Part shown: one piece after another, positions 9,857 to 19,246 of the stretch
Position numbering within the stretch: the first letter of the stretch is position 1
Layout: every line of letters starts with the position of its first letter
From: Tagaea sp.
Lineage (GTDB): Bacteria; Pseudomonadota; Alphaproteobacteria; CACIAM-22H2
DNA length: 64,000 nt
Direction of reading: 5' to 3'
NCBI GenBank assembly: GCA_965279525.1
Contig: CBDIIB010000003.1
Location: 128,001-192,000 of the forward strand
Program-made: the position numbers and the translations under genes
Notes under the pieces: generated by a model
Seen by the model: the letters and a program-made list of their open reading frames with translations, nothing else
The model's database searches: none
What the model was told of the DNA's origin: nothing

Positions 9857-10912
9857 ATGACGCGGAAAATGGATAGTGAGGCGCTTCATAGGCCCAATGG
9901 CCGTTCGGTGTGGACGGCAAAGGAGCTAGCCCAGCAATCTGACTGGGTGTTCCGTTTGTCGGACCTAACCTTGAGAGAGATCGACGACTGCCTGGCGCGA
10001 GTAAGAGCGCAGTGCCTTCCTTGGGACAAAGTCACGGCGGCGGATTTCCCGCTTGAGTCTCTTAACGGAAAACTCTCGACGATTCAGTCTGAGATCGCGA
10101 CAGGACGTGGATTCATCGTCATCCGCGGCTTGCCGGCGGAAAAATATGACATTGAAGATCTCAAGCGCATCTATTGGGGCATTGGTGCTCACTTCGGACG
10201 GGCCGAAGCGCAGAGCCACGAAGGTGATCGGTTAGGCGACATCATCGACCTGAGCGACGAGCAACCAGATGTATTCCGACGCCGCGGATACCATTCGGCC
10301 GGCGCTCAGTTGGCCCATACGGATTCATCCGATATCGTGTCGATGCTGAGCATAACAATGGCAAAAGCTGGTGGTGCATCCCGGTTGGCGAGTGCCCACA
10401 CGGTACATAACCTGCTTTTCGAGCACTGTCCTTCGCTTCTGGAAGTGCTCTATGAAGGCTTCTTTCTACGTGGCACCGACAACGATGCGCAAGGAGCGGG
10501 CTACGATCTGGTCAGTCCGAACCGTGTCCCGGTTTACGCTTACACGGATGGCTGGCTGAATTGCTTCTATGTCCCCGGGTATATCCGGCGGCCCGTGTTG
10601 GCCGGGATGGTCAGTCTCAGTCCGAAGGAGGAGGCCGCAATCCAGGCATTCAACGCGTTCGCCAATCACCCGGATATCATGACGAACATGTATCTCGAGC
10701 CCGGCGACATGCAGTTCCTGAATAATCGAACGATACTTCACGGACGCGCGGCATTCGAAGATTTTCCGGAAAAGGCTCGCCGTCGGCACCTCTTGCGGCT
10801 TTGGCTCGGTGCGCCGGGTTGGCCAAAAATGTCGGCGGCGCAGGACTACCAATCGGCGGAGGTGCGCCGTCGTTGGGGAGAGTACGCGAGCACTCGGAAG
10901 TCGACGGTGTGA
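9857..10912 (+). CDS. TauD/TfdA family Fe(II)/2-oxoglutarate dioxygenase
   Basis: HxD motif AHTDSSD, distal His in NNRTILHGR, RHLLRLWL. Confidence 0.9.
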   Translation: MTRKMDSEALHRPNGRSVWTAKELAQQSDWVFRLSDLTLREIDDCLARVRAQCLPWDKVTAADFPLESLNGKLSTIQSEIATGRGFIVIRGLPAEKYDIEDLKRIYWGIGAHFGRAEAQSHEGDRLGDIIDLSDEQPDVFRRRGYHSAGAQLAHTDSSDIVSMLSITMAKAGGASRLASAHTVHNLLFEHCPSLLEVLYEGFFLRGTDNDAQGAGYDLVSPNRVPVYAYTDGWLNCFYVPGYIRRPVLAGMVSLSPKEEAAIQAFNAFANHPDIMTNMYLEPGDMQFLNNRTILHGRAAFEDFPEKARRRHLLRLWLGAPGWPKMSAAQDYQSAEVRRRWGEYASTRKSTV

Positions 10913-11007
10913 AGATGTTGGGGTTTTTCGGGAAGTTTTCGAATTGAATGCGTGTGGCAGTGTTCCAGGGTTGCGACCCGGGTGATTTGGCAATGGAGAA
11001 CGGACAA

Positions 11008-13347
11008 ATGGCTTTCGGCAAGGCGCAGACTGGGGGGCGATATGAGGACGTGGCGTTGCTGCGGGGAAAGGGGCGCTTCATCGATGATATGCACCTTCCC
11101 GGCACGCTTCACGTCGCATTTGTCCGCAGCGCTATGGCGCACGCACTTGTCCGAAATGTGGACGTTGTGGCCGCGAAGATGGCCCCTGGTGTCCATGCCG
11201 TTCTGACTTATGACGATATCAGGCCGCTTCTCACTCAGGATCGAATTGCGCTCGCGATGCCGTCCGGTGCCATACGCTTTGTCGTTGATCCTCCGGTGCT
11301 TGCATCGGCCGAGACTTGCTATGTGGGGGAACCGATCGCACTGGTCGTCGCCGAGAGCCGATCGTTGGCAGAGGATGCCGCGGCATTGGTGGATGTCGAG
11401 TACGAAGCATTGCCGGCGGTTGTCGATATTGTTGCCGGCATTGCAAGCGGGTCTCCGAAGGCGAGGGTTGACTGCCCTGACAACGTGGTTGCGGAAGCGG
11501 TCATCAAGTATGGCGACGTCGATGCTGCGTTCGCGCGGGCGGCGCATGTCCTTACCGAAGAACTCCTGCTGCACAAGGGTGGCGGTCACTCCATGGAGCC
11601 GCGCGGCATCATCGCGCGATACGACGAGGGGACTGGATCGCTGGATGTTTGGGACAGCACCCAGATGCCTCATCGAAATAAGGCCGTTCTGATCCAGATG
11701 CTGGGCCTGACCGAAAGTCAGGTTCGTGTCGTCGCCCCCGATGTCGGCGGAGCGTTTGGACCGAAGGCCGTTTTTCACCCGGAAGAGCTTGCAGTTCCTG
11801 CAGCGTCGATGCTGCTTGGCTATCCATTGAAATGGATCGAGGACCGGCGCGAGAACTTTCAGGCGACCGTCATGGAACGCGACCAGCATTGGTCGGTCGA
11901 AATGGCGCTCGACAAGGAAGGCAAGGTTCTCGCTATCAGGGGCCACCTCATCCATGACCACGGTGCCTGCACGCCGTATGGCAGTTCGATTCCCCAGAAT
12001 GCCGCGACGAATCTGATCGGTTCCTACGTGCTGCCGGCGTACGAAATGAAGGTAACGTCCTGTTTGACAAACATGGTGCCGACCGCCGCGACGCGCGGCG
12101 CCGGTCGGCCGCAAGGAACGTATGTGATGGAACGCATGCTCGACCGAGCTGCGGGAACTGTCGGAATAACGCGCGATGAAGTTCGTCGCCGAAATCTCAT
12201 ACGGGCGGATCAGATGCCATTCACGACACCGGTCCCGATGCGTGACGGCAGAATGATGACGTACGATAGCGGGGACTATCCCGAGTGCCAGAGGCGCGTC
12301 TTGGAGGCTGCCGGCTGGGCCGACTTTCCCGCTCGGCAGGCTGCGGCGCGCGAGAAGGGTCGTTGGATTGGAATTGGACTCTCGAATTACGTGGAATTGA
12401 CCGGGCGGGGACCATTCGAGAGTGCATCGGTCCGGATCGGCCCGTCCGGCCGCGTGCTCGTGACGAGCGGCGCCACCGCGCAGGGTCAGGGCACCAAGTC
12501 CATGCTTGCCGCGATTGTCGGTCGGGAACTCGGCATAGGCGAAGAACTGATCGACGTGATGGTCGGGGATACGAGCTTCAGTCCTTTGGGGATTGGCGCT
12601 TTCGCGAGCCGTCAGACCGTGACGGCGGGAAACTCGGTTTATGCCGCAGCGGTTCAGGTTGCTGAGAAGGCGAAGAAAATTGCATCGGTGCTCCTCGAGG
12701 CAGCGCCGGAGGATATCGAGCTGCGCGACGGCGTTGCCCATGTGCGGGGCGTGCGCCAGATGTCGCGTTCATTGGGCGAGTTGGCAAAGGCCGTGAATGG
12801 CTCGATCGGTTTTGCGCTTCCCGGCGGCATTGCACCCGGCTTGTACGCCGCATCGGACTTCCAGGTTGCAGGTACGCCATTTGCGTGTGGTGCCCATGTC
12901 GCCGAAGTCGAGGTGGACTGCGAAACGGGCGGGGTCGAACTCACGAGGTATGTCGCGATCCATGATTGCGGACGCGTCATCAACCCTCAGATCGTCGAGG
13001 GGCAGGTTCTCGGGGCGATCGTCCATGGCATAGGCAACGCGCTATATGAATGGATGCGATACGACGACCGTGGGCAGCCGCTGACGGTGACGTACGGCGA
13101 CTACCTGCTGCCGGCATCGGATCTGATCCCGCGCATCGAGTTGTTGCACATGGAGTCGCCAAGCCCGCTGAATCCGCTTGGCGTAAAGGGTGCCGCAGAG
13201 GGCGGGACGATTGCTGCGCCTGCCGCGATCGTATCTGCGATCGAGGATGCCCTGAAGCCGCTCGGCATTCGGATTCTGGATTTGCCCGTGACGCCTGTGC
13301 GCCTTCGGGCTCTGATCGAAGCGGCTCAGCCAGGGCACCGGGGATGA
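11008..13347 (+). CDS. Xanthine dehydrogenase family molybdopterin-binding large subunit (L1)
   Basis: EDVALLRGKGRFIDD, DVGGAFGPK, active-site loop TRGAGRPQ, catalytic Glu in VKGAAEGG; start uncertain (10948/10993/11008). Confidence 0.93.
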   Translation: MAFGKAQTGGRYEDVALLRGKGRFIDDMHLPGTLHVAFVRSAMAHALVRNVDVVAAKMAPGVHAVLTYDDIRPLLTQDRIALAMPSGAIRFVVDPPVLASAETCYVGEPIALVVAESRSLAEDAAALVDVEYEALPAVVDIVAGIASGSPKARVDCPDNVVAEAVIKYGDVDAAFARAAHVLTEELLLHKGGGHSMEPRGIIARYDEGTGSLDVWDSTQMPHRNKAVLIQMLGLTESQVRVVAPDVGGAFGPKAVFHPEELAVPAASMLLGYPLKWIEDRRENFQATVMERDQHWSVEMALDKEGKVLAIRGHLIHDHGACTPYGSSIPQNAATNLIGSYVLPAYEMKVTSCLTNMVPTAATRGAGRPQGTYVMERMLDRAAGTVGITRDEVRRRNLIRADQMPFTTPVPMRDGRMMTYDSGDYPECQRRVLEAAGWADFPARQAAAREKGRWIGIGLSNYVELTGRGPFESASVRIGPSGRVLVTSGATAQGQGTKSMLAAIVGRELGIGEELIDVMVGDTSFSPLGIGAFASRQTVTAGNSVYAAAVQVAEKAKKIASVLLEAAPEDIELRDGVAHVRGVRQMSRSLGELAKAVNGSIGFALPGGIAPGLYAASDFQVAGTPFACGAHVAEVEVDCETGGVELTRYVAIHDCGRVINPQIVEGQVLGAIVHGIGNALYEWMRYDDRGQPLTVTYGDYLLPASDLIPRIELLHMESPSPLNPLGVKGAAEGGTIAAPAAIVSAIEDALKPLGIRILDLPVTPVRLRALIEAAQPGHRG

Positions 13348-13365
13348 CCGGTGCCCTGACGGAAA

Positions 13366-14328
13366 CTACTTTGCGAGCCGTCGCAGCGAGTCGACATAGT
13401 CTTTTACGCCTGTATCCAGATCGTATTTGGGCTTGAAGCCGAAATCGGCTTCCGCGCGCCGGATGTCGAAAATTCCGGCGCGGTTGACGGAGAAGCCGAG
13501 CGGATTGAGACCCGGACCGATTTCAATGACTGCGCCAGGGACTGAAGCACGAACTGCATCGGCGAACTGACGAAGCGTCCGGCCTTTTCCGCTCGCGATG
13601 TTGTAGGCGGATCCCGGCAGCTTGTCCGACAAGGCCGCAAGGACCATGCCTTCTGCCGCATCGTCGACATAGATCAGGTCGTCGATCTGATCGCCGCCTT
13701 TTTGCAGATGCACCGGCCGACCGATGAACGGGTCTTCGACGAGGCGGCTGCGCAACGACATCTTGCCGTGCCGCTCCTGCTTTCCAGGGCCGTATATGGC
13801 GGAAAAACGCAATGCGGCAAACTCGATGCCGAACACGGTCCGGTAGACTTGGCCGAGATTTTCTGCCGCCAATTTGGTCGAATCATAAGAGAGGAGAGGG
13901 CGCTTTGGATGATCCTCGGCGATCAATTGATAGTCTGCGCTGCCAACATTCTCCGGCAATTCACCATAGACGGCACGGGTGCTGGCATAGACAAAACGCT
14001 TAATGTTGGACTGTTTCGCAGCTTCGAGAAGATTGGCCGTACCCAGCGAATTCACCATGAACGACCGGTAGGGCTCGCTGTCCATATTCGGATCGATGAA
14101 CGCTGCCAAATGGATGATTCGGTCAATGTTTTGCGCCGATACGAAACTCGTTACGGCGGCGAAGTCCGTGATGTCGAGCTCCGAGAATTCAAAACGGTCC
14201 TTGATGTCGTTCACGAGAGAGAAATCAGCCCGCCGATCCACCACGACCGGCGTTATGCCGCGGTCCAGCAGCTTGCGCGTGACCACCGCGCCATTCACAC
14301 CAACTCCGCCAGTTACCAGAATTCGCAT
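13366..14328 (-). CDS. NAD-dependent epimerase/dehydratase (extended SDR)
   Basis: ILVTGGVGVNG, YDSTK catalytic motif; ATG 14328 with GAGGGG RBS. Confidence 0.9.
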   Translation of the reverse strand: MRILVTGGVGVNGAVVTRKLLDRGITPVVVDRRADFSLVNDIKDRFEFSELDITDFAAVTSFVSAQNIDRIIHLAAFIDPNMDSEPYRSFMVNSLGTANLLEAAKQSNIKRFVYASTRAVYGELPENVGSADYQLIAEDHPKRPLLSYDSTKLAAENLGQVYRTVFGIEFAALRFSAIYGPGKQERHGKMSLRSRLVEDPFIGRPVHLQKGGDQIDDLIYVDDAAEGMVLAALSDKLPGSAYNIASGKGRTLRQFADAVRASVPGAVIEIGPGLNPLGFSVNRAGIFDIRRAEADFGFKPKYDLDTGVKDYVDSLRRLAK

Positions 14329-14681
14329 TTCCGACCCCTCGATGTTCAAATTTCGGCACGCCAGATACTAGTCGCATTGTGGAAGCCATGAAAAGGGTGC
14401 GACTGGCCCAGTCCGAAATTCGAGGGTGCACTTACATCGGCATTATGAAGAATGTGGAACTGAGACCCAGCGCCGCAGACTTGCACAAGCGCCATATTTA
14501 CCGAGATTGAATCATCCGCGCTGACTGAAGTGACCAGGCTATCTTGGCCTCATTTGGTGTCGGTAGCATCTCGTCGCAGCATCTGCTCCTCGGCGCTCAC
14601 GGCAACGGGCCGTTTCCAAGCTCACCAGTCGACGCATTGACATATTGACGAGGGCCTTATACCGTCATCTAATAATTAATA

Positions 14682-14698
14682 ATCCCACTTTTGGAACA
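14682..14698. promoter_or_regulatory. Candidate GntR operator, module A
   Basis: ATCCCACTTTTGGAACA just upstream of the binding-protein RBS. Confidence 0.45.
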
Positions 14699-14716
14699 AT
14701 AGCACGGAGGGCTGGT

Positions 14717-16252
14717 ATGGGAATGAATCGCGGCTTCCGAGTCTTCGTCCTCGGGCTTATGGCCGGGGGCTCGATGGCCTGCCTCGCGCAGGCACAAACA
14801 CCAGTACGGGGTGGCACCTTAACCGTGGGCCATTACCAAGGCATGCAGACCCTGGATCCGGTGCGTTCCAACGACCTGTCGGAACGAGATATCCTTTATC
14901 TGCTCTACAATACGCTGGTGAGCTTGGACACCGACTTCTCGGTGAAACCGGAGCTGGCGGAGAGCTGGCGGTACGAAAATAACGGTTTGCGCCTCGTCCT
15001 CAAGCTGCGCCCCGGCGTAAAGTTCCAGGACGGTACGCCGGTCGATGCCGAAGCGGTGAAGTGGAATTTCGACTGGCGACTGAATCCGGACTCCAAGTCG
15101 CCGCAGCGCCCAGCCCTGTCGGCATCCGTCGATTCAGTGAGCGTTCTGGATCCGCTGACGGTCGCGATCAACATGAAGGTCGCTGATCCTGGTCTGCTGG
15201 GTCTGCTTGGGCAGCGCGAGGGCTACATGGTCTCGCCGACTGCCGCCCAGAAGGCAGGAGACGATTTCGGCAACCAGCCGGTCGGGAGCGGCCCCTTCAT
15301 TCTGCGCGAATGGGTCCGCGGCAATCAGTTGGTGGTCGAGCGGAACCCGAACTATTGGGAGGCCGGAAAGCCCTATCTCGACAAGATCGTTCTGCAGAAT
15401 ATCGCAGGATCGGTCGTCGGCTTGCAGCGCCTGCGAACCGGTGAGATCGATCTGATCCCGACACTCACGGCGCAGGACGTCATCCCGCTCCGGGCTGCGC
15501 GCGACATCAAGCTTGATAAGGCCCCTGCCAATCGCTGGTACTCCCTACAGTGGCAGATCGACAAGCCGCCCTTCGACAATGCCTTGCTGCGCCGGGCAAT
15601 CGCTCATGCGATCGACCGTAAGAAGCTGGTCGACATCGTCATGTTGGGACAAGCCCCGATCTCGGAGTCTCCGACGCCGGAAGGCCTTTGGTGGCAGAGC
15701 CCGGATGTCAAATCTCTCGCCTACGATCCGAACAAGGCGCGCGAGCTTCTGAAGCAGGCCGGGTATCCGAATGGTCTGTCGATCGCGCTCGCCTCGCCGC
15801 AGCGGACGCCGGACTCCCAGATTTCCGAGGTCATTCAGGACCAGCTTAAGGCAGTCGGCATCACTGTGACCCTCGAGCCGGTGTCGAGTGCGGAGTTCTA
15901 TCCGCGGACGGTTCGCCGGCAGATCAACTTCACACCCATGAACTGGACGCAGCGCCCGGATCCGGATGGCCTGTTTCGGTTTCTGTTCTACACAAACGCG
16001 GCACAGAACACGACGGGCTATTCGAGCAAGGAACTCGACACGCTACTCGACCAGGCGCGCGCCCTGACCGACATAAACGCGCGCAAGCCGCTATACTCCA
16101 AAGCCCAGCAGATCATTGTTGACGATCTGCCATACGTACCCCTGTTCTTCGCGGTCCAGTATCTCGCGCGCAGAGATACGGTGCAGGGCTTTACGTGGAT
16201 CCCCGATCAGATCCCGCGTTACAAGGACGTCTGGAAGACAACCGGCAAGTGA
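14717..16252 (+). CDS. ABC transporter substrate-binding protein, family 5 (peptide/nickel type)
   Basis: Signal peptide, PELAESW, LRPGVKFQDGTP, PVGSGPF, RNPNYW. Confidence 0.93.
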   Translation: MGMNRGFRVFVLGLMAGGSMACLAQAQTPVRGGTLTVGHYQGMQTLDPVRSNDLSERDILYLLYNTLVSLDTDFSVKPELAESWRYENNGLRLVLKLRPGVKFQDGTPVDAEAVKWNFDWRLNPDSKSPQRPALSASVDSVSVLDPLTVAINMKVADPGLLGLLGQREGYMVSPTAAQKAGDDFGNQPVGSGPFILREWVRGNQLVVERNPNYWEAGKPYLDKIVLQNIAGSVVGLQRLRTGEIDLIPTLTAQDVIPLRAARDIKLDKAPANRWYSLQWQIDKPPFDNALLRRAIAHAIDRKKLVDIVMLGQAPISESPTPEGLWWQSPDVKSLAYDPNKARELLKQAGYPNGLSIALASPQRTPDSQISEVIQDQLKAVGITVTLEPVSSAEFYPRTVRRQINFTPMNWTQRPDPDGLFRFLFYTNAAQNTTGYSSKELDTLLDQARALTDINARKPLYSKAQQIIVDDLPYVPLFFAVQYLARRDTVQGFTWIPDQIPRYKDVWKTTGK

Positions 16253-16262
16253 CGTCAACCAG

Positions 16263-16294
16263 GCCGGATGCCGCGAAGTAGAGCGGCATCCGGC
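16263..16294 (+). terminator. Stem-loop after binding-protein gene (terminator or mRNA stabiliser)
   Basis: Perfect 12-bp stem GCCGGATGCCGC/GCGGCATCCGGC. Confidence 0.6.
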
Positions 16295-16352
16295 ACTTGG
16301 TTTCGAAAGACCCGCGATTTAAACAGCTTTCTGGCCGCACGAAGGAAATAGC

Positions 16353-16859
16353 TTGGCCGGCGACGATTGTTATCCGCCGCTCGACCTGAGCGCGCCATTT
16401 GATCGATGCAGAGAGAAAGTTCTCGCTGACTGGGTCGATGCAAACCAGCATATGAACGTCGCCTACTACATGGTCGTTTTCGACCGCGCGACAGAGGTTT
16501 TTCTGCAGCAAGTGGGCGCAGGAAAAGCGTATACCGAATCAGGCTGCGGAACGGTATTCGCACTCGAAGCGAACATCCGATATGAGAAAGAGCTTCGGCT
16601 GGGCGATGACGTGCGGATCACGACTCGCCTTGTAGATCGAAGTGCCAAGCTCCTGCACCTCCTGCACGCGATGTATCACATCGGAACTGGCGATCGCGCC
16701 GCGACGATGGAGATTCTGCTGCTTCACGTCGATCCGAAAGTCCGGCGCGGCTCCGTCTGGCCGACCAACCTTGCGGAAAGATTTGAAAGGATCCATGTCG
16801 CACATCGCGGACTGCAGGGGCCGCAGGACGCCAACTTCAAAATCGGCATTCGCGCATAG
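16353..16859 (+). CDS. Hotdog-fold acyl-CoA thioesterase
   Basis: WVDANQHMNVAYY motif; start uncertain. Confidence 0.85.
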   Translation: MAGDDCYPPLDLSAPFDRCREKVLADWVDANQHMNVAYYMVVFDRATEVFLQQVGAGKAYTESGCGTVFALEANIRYEKELRLGDDVRITTRLVDRSAKLLHLLHAMYHIGTGDRAATMEILLLHVDPKVRRGSVWPTNLAERFERIHVAHRGLQGPQDANFKIGIRA

Positions 16860-16927
16860 CGCCCGGACAATTATTGACGCCACGTCCGGCGAACCATGCG
16901 CGTGTGGCCATCTGCCGATCTGGGTGG

Positions 16928-17953
16928 CTAGAGCGAAACGACGATCTTGCCGAAGTGCTCGCCCTTTTCGAGCTGAGTGAAGGCTTCGCGAAGCTCCGAG
17001 AACGGGAAGGTCCGGTCTATGATCGGTGATTCATGATGAACGTCGAATTCGCGCATCAATTCGGCAAGCATCTCGCGGGATCCGACGGTGATCGATTTTA
17101 TGCTCACTCCCTTCGCGATCAGATCCTTGGGCGGAAACGCGCCGGTCAGATTGCCGATTACATGTATCTGACCGCCCGGCTGCACCGCCTTTATTGACTT
17201 TCCGATGGTACCTTCTCCGCCGACCTCCACGACGTGATCGACGCCTCGACCGTCCGTCAACCTCAGTACTTCAGTTTCCCAATCAGGGAAACTGGCGGTG
17301 CTGATTGTTTGTGACGCGCCGAGTTGGCGCAGGCGAGCCGCCTTCGATTCATGTCGGGTTGTCGCCAGAACATGTGCGCCGCGCATCCGTGCGAACTGGA
17401 GCGCAAATACCGAAACGCCACCGCTGCCGAGGACAAGGACACTTTCGCCGGCCTTCATGCGGCCGACAGATACGAGGGCATGCCAGGCAGTCACTGCTGC
17501 GCAGGGAAGGCATGCTGCCTGCTCGTATGACAATGCCTCGGGGATCGGCAGGACATCGTTCTCGTGGCACAGGAGGTACTCGATGGCGGTTCCGTCTATA
17601 TCACCGCCTCTGGAAAACCAACCGGTGCGCTCGCTTGTTTGGGGGCCGGTGTACCAACCCTGCATGTAGACAGGTACGACGCGGCTGCCGGGATAGAGCG
17701 TGGTGACGTCGCGCCCGATCTCGATCACTTCGCCTGCGCCGTCGGAGAGCGGAACAAGGGGGAGTCTGGGCGCGCGCCCATAGGTGCCCTTGATGATCTT
17801 GATGTCCCGGAAGTTCAGCGATACAGCCCGCATTTGGATCAGGACGTGACCCGGAGGCGGGGGTGGTATGTCGCGGACACGTCGCCGGAGGCCGTCATAC
17901 CCCAAATGCTCCAGCACATACGCATCTGCCGTTCGAGTATTCGGGCCAGACAT
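16928..17953 (-). CDS. NAD(P)-dependent alcohol dehydrogenase-like MDR oxidoreductase
   Basis: SLNFRD, PLSDGAGEV, LPCAAVTAW, GSGGVS, HFGKIV. Confidence 0.9.
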   Translation of the reverse strand: MSGPNTRTADAYVLEHLGYDGLRRRVRDIPPPPPGHVLIQMRAVSLNFRDIKIIKGTYGRAPRLPLVPLSDGAGEVIEIGRDVTTLYPGSRVVPVYMQGWYTGPQTSERTGWFSRGGDIDGTAIEYLLCHENDVLPIPEALSYEQAACLPCAAVTAWHALVSVGRMKAGESVLVLGSGGVSVFALQFARMRGAHVLATTRHESKAARLRQLGASQTISTASFPDWETEVLRLTDGRGVDHVVEVGGEGTIGKSIKAVQPGGQIHVIGNLTGAFPPKDLIAKGVSIKSITVGSREMLAELMREFDVHHESPIIDRTFPFSELREAFTQLEKGEHFGKIVVSL

Positions 17954-18138
17954 TCCAAACTCCTCCACAAAGCGCGCAATTCGAGCGCGCATGGAATTTC
18001 AACCGGGTTATGCGTATTTGTTGTTGCGTTCTTTTTTTGGCACGATATCATAAAATGAGACAGTTTAGATGGCTACTCCAGAAACGACACCCGCACCGAA
18101 ACGGCTCGGGGGCAGGGGTCCAGATGAGGGCAATGGAA

Positions 18139-19155
18139 ATGAAAAAAATACTTGCAGGCTTCGCTGCGGCGGCCGTCATCTTCAGTGGCTATCCCGCGAA
18201 GGCAGATTTCCAGGACAACCAGCCGATTTCGATTACGACCTCGGGTGCGACGGCAACGGGGTTTGGTAGGGCGGTCGTGGAGGCCCTGAATGCCATCGTC
18301 CGGGACGTCTACCCCGGTTCCACGATGACATTCAGGCCGAACACGGGGGCTGGCGGCCTTGTCGATCTGATGAACAATGATGCCCAACTGTCGCTGGGCG
18401 TGACGAACGTGGAGATCCCGATTGCCCTCGAGGGCCAGCCGCCTTTCGAGCAGCCGATGAAGGGGAAGCTCTCCTTCGTCTTCAACGGGTTGCCAGGCAC
18501 GAAGTTCTTCTTCATCGCCGAGAAGGCCTGGGCCGAGAAGGCCGGCGTCGTGACGCTTGAGGACTATGCCAAGAAGAAACCTCGGGGCACGATGTCCGTA
18601 AGCGCCCGTGGAACGCTTTATCTGAATATCATCGCGGACTCGCTCCTGAAGCAGGGTGGCGCATCGATCGAATCCATCGAGAAGCAGTGGTCGGGATCGC
18701 GCGTCGCGTATCTCCCCAGTGCGCGCGGCGTCGACGAACTCAAGGATGGCAAGATCGACTGGCAGATCGGCGCAGCATTCCAGCCGTTCCAGGCGATCAA
18801 TGAAGTCGCGCGCAGCCGGCCGCTCGTTTGGCTGAAGGTACCGGATAGCTATCTAAGCGCGGTCGCGAAAGAATACGATCTCGAGATCGTTACCTTTCCG
18901 AAGGGCTTCTACAGCTTCCTCGATGAGGACGTTAAGACGCTTCGCATCGATCTTGCGATGCTCGCGGCGACATCCGTATCCGAAGAGGCGGTCTACAAGT
19001 ACATGAAGGCCGTCGGCAGCCGGCTCGACCGATTCCGGTCGATCCATCCTTCGTATAGCGAGGTAACGCTCGAGGAACTTGCCCGCAAGCCGCGGAGCGT
19101 CCCCTATCATCCGGGCGCGGAGCGGTACTTCCGTGAAGCTGGGGTTCTGAAGTGA
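18139..19155 (+). CDS. TAXI family TRAP transporter solute-binding protein
   Basis: Signal peptide MKKILAG..., C-terminal PYHPGAERYFRE; followed by fused permease. Confidence 0.88.
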   Translation: MKKILAGFAAAAVIFSGYPAKADFQDNQPISITTSGATATGFGRAVVEALNAIVRDVYPGSTMTFRPNTGAGGLVDLMNNDAQLSLGVTNVEIPIALEGQPPFEQPMKGKLSFVFNGLPGTKFFFIAEKAWAEKAGVVTLEDYAKKKPRGTMSVSARGTLYLNIIADSLLKQGGASIESIEKQWSGSRVAYLPSARGVDELKDGKIDWQIGAAFQPFQAINEVARSRPLVWLKVPDSYLSAVAKEYDLEIVTFPKGFYSFLDEDVKTLRIDLAMLAATSVSEEAVYKYMKAVGSRLDRFRSIHPSYSEVTLEELARKPRSVPYHPGAERYFREAGVLK

Positions 19156-19156
19156 G

Positions 19157-19201
19157 ATGAAGACGATGGCCCCGCGACTTCGTCGTGGGGCCATTCTTCA
19201 T
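19157..19201 (+). terminator. Intercistronic stem-loop after TAXI binding-protein gene
   Basis: ATGGCCCCGCGAC-TTC-GTCGTGGGGCCAT core, extended by ATGAAGA/TCTTCAT. Confidence 0.6.
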
Positions 19202-19246
19202 TAGTCGGCAATAAGTAAACCGCTTTCGACGTTTCGGTGGACATCA

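Noticed and set aside
10846-12741. 631-aa minus-strand ORF
   Set aside because: Antisense shadow of the L1 gene with no recognisable motifs; expected in GC-rich DNA. The same applies to most overlapping ORFs in the track.
18036-18052. Sigma-54 promoter (TTGGCACG)
   Set aside because: The -12 TTGC element is missing at the required spacing.
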